64,000 bases of DNA from an uncultured Acidobacterium sp. GTDB taxonomy: Bacteria; Acidobacteriota; Vicinamibacteria; Vicinamibacterales; UBA2999. Each line of letters opens with the position of its first letter. Positions within the stretch are counted from its first letter, which is position 1. A program made the position numbers and the translations under genes. Positions 8,609-20,818 of the stretch are shown here, one piece after another. A model generated the notes under the pieces. That model saw nothing but the letters and a program-made list of their open reading frames with translations. It was not told the origin of the DNA and searched no databases. Location: positions 192,931 through 256,930 of the forward strand of contig CAZVLS010000005.1 of the NCBI GenBank assembly GCA_964628295.1. Direction: 5' to 3'.

Positions 8609-10590
8609 AGTTCTTTCTCACAACGGCAATCGATTTCGTCAACAGCAAGCCGCACCTCGGCACGGCCTACGAAAAGGTCACCGCCGACATCATCGCGCGG
8701 TATCGCCGGCTCGCGGGGTTCGAGACCCATTTCCTGATGGGCAACGACGAGCACTCGCAGAACGTGTTCAAGAAGGCGGCCGAGCAGGGCAAGGATCCGC
8801 TCGCGTATTGCGACGAGATGGAAGGCGTGTTCCGCGACGTGTGGAAGCGCCTCGACCTGTCGTTCGACGACTTCATCCGCACCACCGATCGCCAGCGGCA
8901 TTTCCCCGCGGTCCAGAAGATGGCGCAAGCCTGCCTGGACAACGGCGACATTTACGAGGGCGCGTACGAGGGCTGGTACTGCGAAGGCTGTGAGTCGTTC
9001 AAGCCCGAGAAGGACCTGGTCGAAGGCCTGTGTCCGATCCACAAGACCAAGCCGCAGTGGATCAAGGAAAAGAACTGGTTCTTCCGCCTTTCGAAATATC
9101 AGCAGCCGCTCCTCAAGCACTACGCCGACAATCCGTCGTTCATCGAGCCGGAGATCCGCCGCAACGAGATCCTGCGCCTGGTTGAAGGCGGCCTCGAAGA
9201 CATTTCGATGAGCCGTGCCGGTCAGTCGTGGGGCATCCCGGTGCCGTTCGATCCGACGAGCGTGGTCTACGTGTGGTTCGATGCGCTGATCAACTACGCT
9301 GCCGCGGTTGGCTACGGCTGGGACGACGCGCAGTTCCAGAAGTGGTGGCCCGCCAATCTGCACATCGTCGGCAAGGACATCACGCGGTTCCATTGCGTGA
9401 TCTGGCCGGCGATGTTGATGAGCGCGCGCCTGCCGCTGCCGCAGCAGGTCTTCGGGCACGGCTGGGTCTATTTCAAGGGCGAGCGCATGAGCAAGACGAT
9501 GGGCAACATCGTCGATCCGCTGGATGCGGCCAACAGGTTTGGTCCCGATCCGCTGCGCTTGTACCTGTCGAAGGAGATTCCGTACGGCGGCGATGGTGAC
9601 TTCACCTGGGAGCGATTCGAGGAGAAGTACAACGCCGACCTGGCAAACAACCTGGGCAACCTGGTGAACCGCGTCGCGTCGATGTCCGAGCGCTACCAGC
9701 ACGGCGCCGTCAGATCGCAGGGGACCTCGGGCTCGCTGGCGGCCATCGCCGACAAGGCGGTGCTGGACTATCGCGCCGGCATGCAGGTGCACGCGCTCCA
9801 CGAAGGCGCTGCCGCGGCATTCGGCTTGATCAGCGCGGCCAACAACTTCATCGCGGAGAAGGAGCCGTGGAAGCTGGCCAAGGATCCGGAAAAGGCCGGC
9901 GAGTTGAACGGCGTGTTGTGGGATCTGTCGGAGGCGGTGCGCATTGCGGCCACGTTGCTGCTGCCGATCATGCCGTCTTCGGCATCGGAGATCCTGCGCC
10001 GGCTTGGTGATGAACGTCCGCTCACGGATCGGCGGCTGGATACCGACGCGTCCTGGCGCACGTCAGGCGAAAAGCAGATCTTGAACGCGGGTGCACTGTG
10101 GCCGCGCATTGAAGCAGATAAGGGAGTGACTGTGACTGAAGAAATCAAGTCGGGTGGGGCAGGTCAGGCGGGTGAGCCAGCTAAAGCTGCAGAGCCTGTG
10201 ACGCAGGCGACGCCGGCCGCTGTTCCGGCCCAACCGGCGCCACCAGCCCAACCCGCCCCACCCGCCACTATCACCATCGATGACTTCGCGAAGGTGCACC
10301 TGAAGGTCGCGAAGGTGCTCGAGGCGGAGAAAATGCCGAAGTCGCAGAAGCTGCTGAAGCTGAAGGTCGATGCCGGTGAGGCCGAACCGCGCACGATCCT
10401 CGCGGGCATCGCCGAGTCGTACGAGCCGGAGCAAATGGTGGGCAAGTCCATCGTCATTGTTGCCAACCTTGCGCCGCGCAAGATGATGGGCATCGAGTCG
10501 AACGGCATGGTGCTCGCCGTCAGCCCGGATGAAGGCAAGGCGATCGTGCTGAACTCGGAACCTGGCGTCCCGGGCACGCGCGTTCGCTAG
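8605..10590 (+). CDS. metG: methionine--tRNA ligase with C-terminal tRNA-binding (EMAP/Trbp111-like) domain
   Basis: The ATG at 8605 overlaps the larC stop (ATGA). Thermus-type MetRS layout, 'KMSKTMGN', Zn knuckle 'CEGCE..CPIH', and C-terminal 'DFAKVHLKVAKVLEAEK..'. The HIGH motif reads 'HLGT'. A Pro/Ala-rich linker 'PAQPAPPAQPAPPA' is present. Confidence 0.95.
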   Translation: MKFFLTTAIDFVNSKPHLGTAYEKVTADIIARYRRLAGFETHFLMGNDEHSQNVFKKAAEQGKDPLAYCDEMEGVFRDVWKRLDLSFDDFIRTTDRQRHFPAVQKMAQACLDNGDIYEGAYEGWYCEGCESFKPEKDLVEGLCPIHKTKPQWIKEKNWFFRLSKYQQPLLKHYADNPSFIEPEIRRNEILRLVEGGLEDISMSRAGQSWGIPVPFDPTSVVYVWFDALINYAAAVGYGWDDAQFQKWWPANLHIVGKDITRFHCVIWPAMLMSARLPLPQQVFGHGWVYFKGERMSKTMGNIVDPLDAANRFGPDPLRLYLSKEIPYGGDGDFTWERFEEKYNADLANNLGNLVNRVASMSERYQHGAVRSQGTSGSLAAIADKAVLDYRAGMQVHALHEGAAAAFGLISAANNFIAEKEPWKLAKDPEKAGELNGVLWDLSEAVRIAATLLLPIMPSSASEILRRLGDERPLTDRRLDTDASWRTSGEKQILNAGALWPRIEADKGVTVTEEIKSGGAGQAGEPAKAAEPVTQATPAAVPAQPAPPAQPAPPATITIDDFAKVHLKVAKVLEAEKMPKSQKLLKLKVDAGEAEPRTILAGIAESYEPEQMVGKSIVIVANLAPRKMMGIESNGMVLAVSPDEGKAIVLNSEPGVPGTRVR

Positions 10591-10625
10591 CCCGCTAGCC
10601 CGCTGGCCTGCTGGCCTGCGAGCCA
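10586..10625. repeat. tandem octamer array (5 units, family GCWRGCCY)
   Basis: GCTAGCCC GCTAGCCC GCTGGCCT GCTGGCCT GCGAGCCA. It starts inside the metG stop codon and ends 3 nt before the tatD ATG. Confidence 0.85.
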
Positions 10626-10628
10626 ACC

Positions 10629-11408
10629 ATGATCGATAGCCATTGCCACATTGCCGGCGAAGAGTTCATCGCCGATCTCCCCGCGGTTGTTGAGCGGGCG
10701 CGCGCCGCCGGAGTGTCGCGCGCGCTCGTGATCCTCGCCGCCGAAGACGCGGAAGAGATCGCGCGCGCGCAGACCGTGCTCGACGCTTGGCCGGAATGTC
10801 GCTTTGCGGTCGGCGTGCATCCACATCACGCGAAGGTATTCGAGTCGAATCCGCAAGACGCCGCCGACACGGTGGCCCGCCACCTCGACTCGCTGCCGGC
10901 GGCCCGTGCGATCGGCGAGATCGGCCTCGACTATCACTACGACTTCTCACCCCGCGAGGTCCAGCATGCGGTCTTCCGGGCGCAGATCCGCCTCGCCATT
11001 GCGCGCGATCTGCCGATCGTGATTCACACGCGCGAAGCCGAAGACGATACGCTGCGTATTCTCGAGGAGGAAGGCCAGGGCCGTCTCCGTGGAGTGTTTC
11101 ATTGCTTCACCGGGGATACGGACGCCTCGGCGCGTGCCCTGGCGACCGGATTCATGCTGTCCATCCCAGGCGTCGCGACGTTCCCCAAGGCGGAAACCCT
11201 CCGCCAGGCGGCGGCCGTGATCCCGGCGGATCGGCTGCTGGTCGAGACCGACAGCCCGTACCTGGCCCCCATCCCGCATCGCGGCAAGCGCAACGAACCG
11301 GCATACGTGGCGAAGGTCGTTGATCAGCTCGCAGCGGTGCGCGGTGTCAGCGCCCAGGTCGTTGGCGACGAGACCGACCGGAATTTTGAACGGCTGTTCC
11401 GGCCGTAG
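10629..11408 (+). CDS. tatD: TatD-family metal-dependent hydrolase/DNase
   Basis: 'MIDSHCHI', 'GEIGLDYHY', 'PIVIHTREA', 'GVFHCFTG', 'ETDSPYLAP'. Confidence 0.9.
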   Translation: MIDSHCHIAGEEFIADLPAVVERARAAGVSRALVILAAEDAEEIARAQTVLDAWPECRFAVGVHPHHAKVFESNPQDAADTVARHLDSLPAARAIGEIGLDYHYDFSPREVQHAVFRAQIRLAIARDLPIVIHTREAEDDTLRILEEEGQGRLRGVFHCFTGDTDASARALATGFMLSIPGVATFPKAETLRQAAAVIPADRLLVETDSPYLAPIPHRGKRNEPAYVAKVVDQLAAVRGVSAQVVGDETDRNFERLFRP

Positions 11409-11412
11409 CCCG

Positions 11413-11437
11413 TAAGGCTTTACCGTTCAAAGCCTTA
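11413..11437 (+). terminator. stem-loop after tatD
   Basis: TAAGGCTTT-accgttc-AAAGCCTTA is a perfect 9-bp inverted repeat 5 nt after the stop, with no U-tract. A TTGACA (11454-11459) and TGTGAT (11477-11482) pair with a 17-bp spacer follows, and could be the promoter of the next gene. Confidence 0.35.
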
Positions 11438-11490
11438 ACCACTCCCGGACTCGTTGACACCACGCAATCGGTATGGTGTGATCTGAATAC

Positions 11491-12492
11491 GTGTCGAATG
11501 CTGCACCCCGGACAACCGCGGACCTGATCCAACTATTCGAGCCCGTGCGCGAGGATCTGGAGGCGGTCGAGCGCGAATTCGCCCGCCAGGTCGAGTCGCA
11601 GATCCACGTTATTCCCGAGATCGGCAACTACGTCCTCAAGAGCGGCGGCAAGCGCGTGCGCCCGGCGGTGTTGCTGATGTGCGCCCGCCTGTGCGGCTAC
11701 ACCGGTTCGCGTGCGGTGCTGAATGCGGCGGTCGTCGAGTTCATTCACACCGCGACCCTCGTCCACGACGACATCATCGACGACGCCGACGTGCGCCGCG
11801 GCCGCAAGGCCGTCCACTCGCAGTGGGGCAACGACGTCACGGTGCTCGCCGGTGACTTCCTCTACATCAAGTCGATGGCGATGGCGCTGTCGCAGGACAC
11901 GCTCGACATCGTCCGGCTGCTGTGCGACGTCACGCTGCGGATGATCGAAGGCGAGATCTACCAGCTGACCAAGAACGGCGTGGTCGACCTCACCGAAGAA
12001 GAGCACTTCGAGATCATCCGCCGCAAGACGGCCTACCTGTTCGGCGGCTGCGCGCAGATCGGCGGCATGCTCGGCGAGGTTGGCGCGGAGAAGGAACAGG
12101 CGCTGCGCGAATACGGCTTCAGCCTGGGCATCATGTTCCAGCTGGTGGACGACCTGCTCGACTTTACCGGCGCGGCGGAGAAGATCGGCAAGCCGATCGG
12201 CGGCGACCTTCGCGAAGGCAAGATCACGCTGCCGCTTATTCACCTCCTGAATCACGGCGGCCTCGAGGCGGGCGACTTGATTCGCAACGCGGTTCGCGAT
12301 CGCGACATCTCGCCGGAGAAGTGGGCGCGGCTCAAGGCGTTGCTGAACGAACATCGCTCGATCGAATACGCCTACGAGCGCGCGGTCGAATTCGGTGAAA
12401 ACGCCAAGCGCCAGTTGCGGCTGTTTGCGCCGGGCCCGGAGCGCGAAGCGCTGATGGGTCTTGCGGACTTCGTGCTCCTGCGCGATCGCTAA
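11491..12492 (+). CDS. long-chain polyprenyl diphosphate synthase (IspB/HepT-like)
   Basis: Two Asp-rich motifs, 'LVHDDIIDDADVRRG' and 'FQLVDDLLDF'. GTG start. Product chain length cannot be read from the sequence. Confidence 0.85.
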   Translation: MSNAAPRTTADLIQLFEPVREDLEAVEREFARQVESQIHVIPEIGNYVLKSGGKRVRPAVLLMCARLCGYTGSRAVLNAAVVEFIHTATLVHDDIIDDADVRRGRKAVHSQWGNDVTVLAGDFLYIKSMAMALSQDTLDIVRLLCDVTLRMIEGEIYQLTKNGVVDLTEEEHFEIIRRKTAYLFGGCAQIGGMLGEVGAEKEQALREYGFSLGIMFQLVDDLLDFTGAAEKIGKPIGGDLREGKITLPLIHLLNHGGLEAGDLIRNAVRDRDISPEKWARLKALLNEHRSIEYAYERAVEFGENAKRQLRLFAPGPEREALMGLADFVLLRDR

Positions 12493-16048
<3,556 letters not shown>

Positions 16049-16052
<4 letters not shown>

Positions 16053-17449
16053 AGCCACGCATCCTGGTGGTCGATGACGAGGCCGCCATCCGCGACTCCC
16101 TGAAAATGACGCTCGAGTATGACGGCTATGACGTCACGCTCGCCGCGACCGGGGAAGAGGGCGTCAAGCTGATCGAACGCGAAGCGCCGGACCTGGTGTT
16201 TCTCGACGTCAAGATGCCGGGCATGGACGGCCTCGAGGTCCTCCAGAAGGTTCGACATCTCACGGACGTGACACCCATCGTCGTCATTTCCGGCCACGGT
16301 GACATCAGCACCGCGGTGGAAGCGACGCGCCTTGGCGCGTTTGATTTCATCGAGAAGCCGCTCGAACGCGAGCGCGTGCTGGTCACCGTGCGCAACGCCG
16401 TCGATACGCGGCGGCTCAAGACCGAGAACCGCTCCTATCGCAGGGACGCCGAGAAGAAGTACCAGATCATCGGTGATTCGCCGGCCCTGGCGGCCGTGCG
16501 TGGCGCAATCCAGAAGGCCGCGCCGACCAACGCCACCGTACTGATCTGGGGCGAGAGCGGTGTCGGCAAGGAGCTCGTGGCGCGCGCCATTCACCGCGAG
16601 AGCCTGCGCCGCGACGGCGCCTTCGTGCAGGTCAACTGCGCCGCGATTCCGGACGAGTTGATCGAGTCCGAATTGTTCGGGCACGAGAAGGGCTCGTTCA
16701 CCGGCGCGACCGATCGCCAGATCGGCAAGTTCGAGCAGGCCGACAAGGGCACGATCTTCCTCGACGAGATCGGCGACATGAGCCTGAAGACGCAGGCCAA
16801 GGTGCTGCGCGTGCTGCAGGAGCAGGAGCTCGAGCGGCTTGGCAGCAACAAGATCATCAAGGTTGACGTCCGCGTCATTGCCGCCACGAACAAGAACCTC
16901 GAGGAAGAGATCGACCGCAATACGTTCCGCGAGGACTTGTTCTATCGCTTGAACGTGGTGCCGATCCACGTCCCGGCCCTGCGCGAGCGGCGGGACGATG
17001 TGCCGGCGCTGGTGCGGCACTTTGCCGACCTGTTCGCCCGCGACAACAACTTCCACCGCAAGACGTTCACGGCCGCGGCCATGGAACGCCTCAGGCAGCA
17101 GCACTGGCGCGGCAACATCCGCGAGCTGCGCAACTTCGTCGAACGCCTGGTGATCATGACCAACGGCGAGTCGATCGACGCGTCCGACATCCCGGATGGT
17201 GGCGCGATTCGCTCCGACGCCGCGACCATGTCGTCGGCCAGTGTCAGCCCGTCAGTGGCCGAACAATCGTGGATGCAGGCGCCGACGCTGCAGGAGTTCA
17301 AGTCCGGCTCCGAGCGCGCCTACCTGGTTGCCCGGCTCCGCGAGAACGGCTGGAACATTTCGAAGACGGCCGAAGTCATCGATACGCCGCGTAGTAATTT
17401 GTACAAGAAGCTGGAGCAGTATCAGATTTCGCAGGAGTCGGACGGCTAA
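16049..17449 (+). CDS. sigma-54-dependent response regulator (NtrC family)
   Basis: The GTG at 16049 overlaps the htrA stop (GTGA). Receiver 'ILVVDDE..FLDVKMPGMDG', AAA+ 'GESGVGKE', canonical 'GSFTGA' loop, Fis-type HTH 'DTPRSNLYKKL'. No cognate histidine kinase is adjacent. Confidence 0.85.
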
Positions 17450-17460
17450 CGGGTATTACG

Positions 17461-17492
17461 GCTAGCCTGCCAGCCTGCTGGCCTGATAGCCT
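17461..17492. repeat. tandem octamer array (4 units, family GCWRGCCY)
   Basis: GCTAGCCT GCCAGCCT GCTGGCCT GATAGCCT, 12 nt after the TAA stop and about 10 nt before the RNase P RNA P1 helix. Confidence 0.85.
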
Positions 17493-17499
17493 GTTGATG

Positions 17500-17921
17500 C
17501 TGCAGTGAGCCGGGTAATCGCTGCCGTCAGCAACCATTCGCGGCCTCGACCGCAAGGTCGACAAGCTACCGAGTGAAGTGCTGGCGGGAGAGGAAAGTCC
17601 GAACTCCATAGGGCAATGCGCCGGGTAACACCCGGGCGGGGCAACCCGACGGAAAGTGGCACAGAAAACAAACCACCCAGGGCAACCTGGGAACGGGTGA
17701 AAAGGTGGGGTAAAAGCCCACCGCGCGGCTGGCAACAGACGTGGCAGGCCAAACCCCGCATGGAGCAAGACCAAATAGGGACGCTGATCGAACGGCCCGT
17801 TCGCGCGTCCGGGTAGGTTGCTGGATCCCGTCAGTAATGGCGGGGCTAGAGGAATGATTGCCTTCATCGTCTTCCGCAAGGGAGGCGGTGGAACAGAATT
17901 CGGCTTATAGGCTCACTGCGG
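17500..17921 (+). ncRNA. rnpB: RNase P RNA, bacterial type A
   Basis: Universally conserved blocks 'GAGGAAAGTCCGaaCTCCATAGGGCA' (17590-17615) and 'ACAGAAttCGGCTTATAG' near the 3' end. A P1 helix forms between GCAGTGAGCC (17502-17511) and GGCTCACTGC (17910-17919). 'GGTAAAAGCCCACC'-type internal elements are present. The ~420 nt length fits type A. The ORFs listed here (17376..17879 -, 17462..17761 -) are spurious. Confidence 0.85.
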
Positions 17922-17937
17922 CGTTTCTACTAAACGA

Positions 17938-18861
17938 ATGGCTAACTATCTCGTCACCGGCGGCGCCGGATTTATCGGCTCCCACATTTCGGAAACCCTC
18001 GTCAAGCGCGGACACCGCGTGCGCGTGGCCGACAACTTCATTACCGGCTTCAAGCACAACATCCGCGACGGCGTCGAGTTCCTCGAAGGGGACTGCGCCA
18101 ATCCGGAGTTTGCGAAGAAGATCGTCGAGGGGATGGACTACGTCATCCACCAGGCGGCGATTCCGTCGGTGCCGCGCTCGGTGGACAAGCCGCTCGAGTC
18201 GCACCGCGCCAACGTCGACGGCATGCTGCATATGCTGCTCGCATCGCGCGACGCCGGCGTCAAGCGGCTCGTCTTCGCCGGTTCCTCCTCGGTCTACGGC
18301 GACACCGAGGTGCTGCCCAAGGTCGAGACAATGCAGCCGCACCCGATGACCCCGTATGCGCTGCAGAAGTTGATGAGCGAGTCATACGGCCAGATGTTCA
18401 CGAGTCTCTACGGCTTTGAGACGGTGACAACGCGCTATTTCAATGTGTTTGGCCCGCGGCAGGATCCGGGCTCGCCGTATTCGGGTGTGATCTCGTTGTT
18501 CATCAAGGCCCTGAGCGAAGGCACGCGGCCGGTGATCTACGGCGATGGTGAGCAGACGCGCGACTTCACGTTCGTGGCGAATGTCGTCGATGGCGTGATT
18601 CGCTCGGCGGAGACGCCCGGCGTTGGCGGCGAGGTGTTCAACGTCGCGACCAACAGCCGGATTTCGCTCAACCAGTTGCTCGCCGTGCTCAACAAGATCT
18701 TCGGGACGAACCTGACACCGATCTACAAGGACGCGCGCAAGGGAGACGTGCGCGACTCGCAAGCCGACATCACAAAGGCTGAGCGCCTGCTGGGTTACAA
18801 GCCGACCGTGAGCCTGGAGGACGGGCTGCGCGAAACGGTGAAGTGGTTCAAGGAATCGTAG
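17938..18861 (+). CDS. NAD-dependent sugar-nucleotide epimerase/dehydratase (extended SDR)
   Basis: 'VTGGAGFIGSH' Rossmann motif, catalytic 'YALQKLMSE' (YxxxK). Similar to UDP-sugar 4-epimerase/WbpP-type enzymes; substrate not assignable. Confidence 0.8.
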   Translation: MANYLVTGGAGFIGSHISETLVKRGHRVRVADNFITGFKHNIRDGVEFLEGDCANPEFAKKIVEGMDYVIHQAAIPSVPRSVDKPLESHRANVDGMLHMLLASRDAGVKRLVFAGSSSVYGDTEVLPKVETMQPHPMTPYALQKLMSESYGQMFTSLYGFETVTTRYFNVFGPRQDPGSPYSGVISLFIKALSEGTRPVIYGDGEQTRDFTFVANVVDGVIRSAETPGVGGEVFNVATNSRISLNQLLAVLNKIFGTNLTPIYKDARKGDVRDSQADITKAERLLGYKPTVSLEDGLRETVKWFKES

Positions 18862-20041
18862 CGCGGCCGTCTTCGTAAATCGCGGTGAGCGTGTCGCCCG
18901 TGATCTCGAGCGCGGAGGCGCGGCCTTTGTAGACCTTCGTCAGCATCCCCGTATCAATCAGCACCGCACGCCCACCGAACCGCACGCCGATGTTGCGGTT
19001 CTGTTGAGGCGTGTGCCCGGTCACGAATCGCTTCGCGCCGTACTTCTGCAGCAACGCCGCAAACGGGCCGCCCTTCGCATCGTCCGGCACGGTGGCGAGG
19101 CCGCGATACCACAACGCCTTCTCGCCGTTGATCGCCAGCCACGAATCGATCTTCATGATCTGTTCGGCTTCGAGCAACAGCGGCATGTTCAGGCGGCTGC
19201 GGTCCGGCTCCTTGGCGGCCTCCTTCGCGGTCGCGATGATGGCGTTGGCCAGGCCGATCTCGCTCGATGCCACCTGCAGGATCTCGTTCAGCGTGAAGAA
19301 CGGGAGCGCGAGCTTGCGGTCGACGAGCTGTTCGACGAAGCGATCGAAGCGGCGGATCTCGTCGCGTAGCTGGATGTTCAGGTCCTCGATCTTCGCCGGC
19401 GCCGATCCGGGCGGAATGCCGGCGTGCATGAAGATGCTGCCGCCAAGCTCGGTCACCATCGGCTTCTCGCGTAGCCAGGCGCCGTACTTGCCTCGGGGCG
19501 ACAGCGCTTCCATGTATTCGACGAAGCCAACGGGATGGGCCGCCAGCCAGGCGGCTTGGTTCTGCGCGTAGACGGTCGGTACCGGCTCGCCCTTGCGCTT
19601 CTTCTCTTCGCCCAGCCGGGCGTACGCCTCCCATGCGGACTGACGGCGCTTTTCGGAATCGGCATCCGCGAACGTCGCAAAAATCTCGGGCGTGACGTCG
19701 CGTACTTCGTTGACCAGGTTCATGACCTCGTGATTGCCGAGCAGGACCACGGCGCGTCCTCCGGCCTCCCTGGCCTGCGGCTCGAGGGCCATCAACAGGT
19801 CGAGGACCGCTCGCGTGCCTTCACCGCGATCGGTGTAATCGCCGGTCTGCACCAGCTGAGCGGTGCCGCCACTCCACTTGCGTGACGCGTCGATCAGGCC
19901 CGCGGCTTTGAGGATGCCGGTCAGGCCATCGAGACTGCCGTGAATATCGCCGATTGCGACGATACGCGTCGCTTGCGCATCGAGAGAAGCGCCTGGCGTC
20001 AGCAGGACGAGCAGCGCGAGCAGGAGTCCGATCAGCCGCAT
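18848..20041 (-). CDS. secreted calcineurin-like metallophosphoesterase
   Basis: Signal peptide MRLIGLLLALLVLLTPGASLDA. Motifs 'VAIGDIHG', 'GDYTDRGEG', 'LLGNHEVMN', 'FMHAG'. Confidence 0.75.
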   Translation of the reverse strand: MRLIGLLLALLVLLTPGASLDAQATRIVAIGDIHGSLDGLTGILKAAGLIDASRKWSGGTAQLVQTGDYTDRGEGTRAVLDLLMALEPQAREAGGRAVVLLGNHEVMNLVNEVRDVTPEIFATFADADSEKRRQSAWEAYARLGEEKKRKGEPVPTVYAQNQAAWLAAHPVGFVEYMEALSPRGKYGAWLREKPMVTELGGSIFMHAGIPPGSAPAKIEDLNIQLRDEIRRFDRFVEQLVDRKLALPFFTLNEILQVASSEIGLANAIIATAKEAAKEPDRSRLNMPLLLEAEQIMKIDSWLAINGEKALWYRGLATVPDDAKGGPFAALLQKYGAKRFVTGHTPQQNRNIGVRFGGRAVLIDTGMLTKVYKGRASALEITGDTLTAIYEDGRATIP

Positions 20042-20066
20042 GAGTCATCCTAGCGCACCATCTGTG

Positions 20067-20084
20067 ATAATATGTTTATATTAT
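20067..20084 (+). promoter_or_regulatory. AT-rich inverted repeat overlapping the antitoxin start (candidate operator/promoter)
   Basis: ATAATAT-gttt-ATATTAT (7-bp arms). The right arm runs into the ATG at 20083. It lies inside the only strongly AT-rich stretch of this spacer (TGTGATAATATGTTTATATTATG). Confidence 0.4.
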
Positions 20085-20418
20085 GCCGAAGAAAGCGATG
20101 TCCGTCACGCTGGACGAGATGAACGTCCTCTGGCTGAAGGGGCGGGCGCGGATTTCGTCTGGCGGCAATCTCAGCGAGGAACTCGACCGGCTGATCACTG
20201 CCGCGCGGTTCGGCAAGGGCGGCCCGCCCGCCAACACATCGGTGGTTGGCATGATCGACTTGTCCGACGATCCGAATCTCGAGAAGGCCGATGCCGCTTT
20301 GAAAGCGCTGCACGAGGAATGGCTTGCCAAGTGGTCCCTGAATGAGGACGCGCCGGGCTACACCGCGGCCCCTCGGAAGCGTCAACAGAAACGAAAGTCC
20401 AAGCGTGCCAAAGTTTGA
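20083..20418 (+). CDS. antitoxin candidate (ribbon-helix-helix-like) of a VapBC-type module
   Basis: 111 aa, 'MSVTLDEMNVLWLKGRA..LSEELDRLI', basic tail. It overlaps the downstream PIN gene by 14 nt. Confidence 0.5.
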   Translation: MPKKAMSVTLDEMNVLWLKGRARISSGGNLSEELDRLITAARFGKGGPPANTSVVGMIDLSDDPNLEKADAALKALHEEWLAKWSLNEDAPGYTAAPRKRQQKRKSKRAKV

Positions 20419-20812
20419 TGCGGCGGTCACCGACACGCACGCGCTGATGTTTCACGGCGGCGGCGGGCGTTCGCTGGGGCCACGGGCCGCAGCGCAGTTC
20501 CGCGCCGCCGACGAGGGCGAGGCACTTATTTATGTGCCGATGGCCGTCTTGATCGAGATCACGTTCCTGACGCGCGCCGGCCGTGGTGGCCTGCGAGTGC
20601 CGTTGACGACGTTCATCAACCAGTTATTTGCGAACCCGTGTTATCAGCCGCTTGACTTGTCACTCGAGCAACTGATGACCGCCAACGACATCAACATCAA
20701 CCGGGATCCCTACGACTCAATGATTGTTGCGGCGGCTCTCGTGCTCGGCCTTCCATTGATCACCAGAGATTCAGCCATCGTCGACTCCGGAGCGGTCAAG
20801 GTGCTCTGGTAG
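20405..20812 (+). CDS. vapC: PIN-domain ribonuclease toxin (VapC-like)
   Basis: From GTG 20405: 'KFDAAVTDTHALMF' (first acidic residue) .. 'DPYDSMIVAAALVLGLPLITRDSAI' (typical C-terminal PIN block). Confidence 0.7.
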   Translation: MPKFDAAVTDTHALMFHGGGGRSLGPRAAAQFRAADEGEALIYVPMAVLIEITFLTRAGRGGLRVPLTTFINQLFANPCYQPLDLSLEQLMTANDININRDPYDSMIVAAALVLGLPLITRDSAIVDSGAVKVLW

Positions 20813-20818
20813 CGCGGA

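Noticed and set aside
8650-8670. MetRS HIGH motif reading 'HLGT' instead of 'HLGH'
   Set aside because: It was noted, but the last position of the HIGH motif varies among class I synthetases, and the rest of MetRS (KMSKT, Zn knuckle, anticodon-binding and tRNA-binding domains) is intact. It is not strong enough to call unusual without an alignment.
8398-9801. 467-aa minus-strand ORF
   Set aside because: It is an antisense shadow of metG. The same reasoning applies to 11533..12681 (ispB-like), 13243..14121 (ligA), 14331..16058 (htrA), 16013..17104 (ntrC-like), 30395..31486 (gcvT), 40080..40997 (ADOP permease), 45597..46625 (guaB), 4891..5937 (dapF) and 3000..3755 (ttcA).
10195-10270. Repetitive DNA in metG encoding 'PAAVPAQPAPPAQPAPPA'
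   Set aside because: It is an in-frame Pro/Ala-rich interdomain linker between the synthetase body and the tRNA-binding domain. This is ordinary low-complexity linker sequence rather than a separate element.
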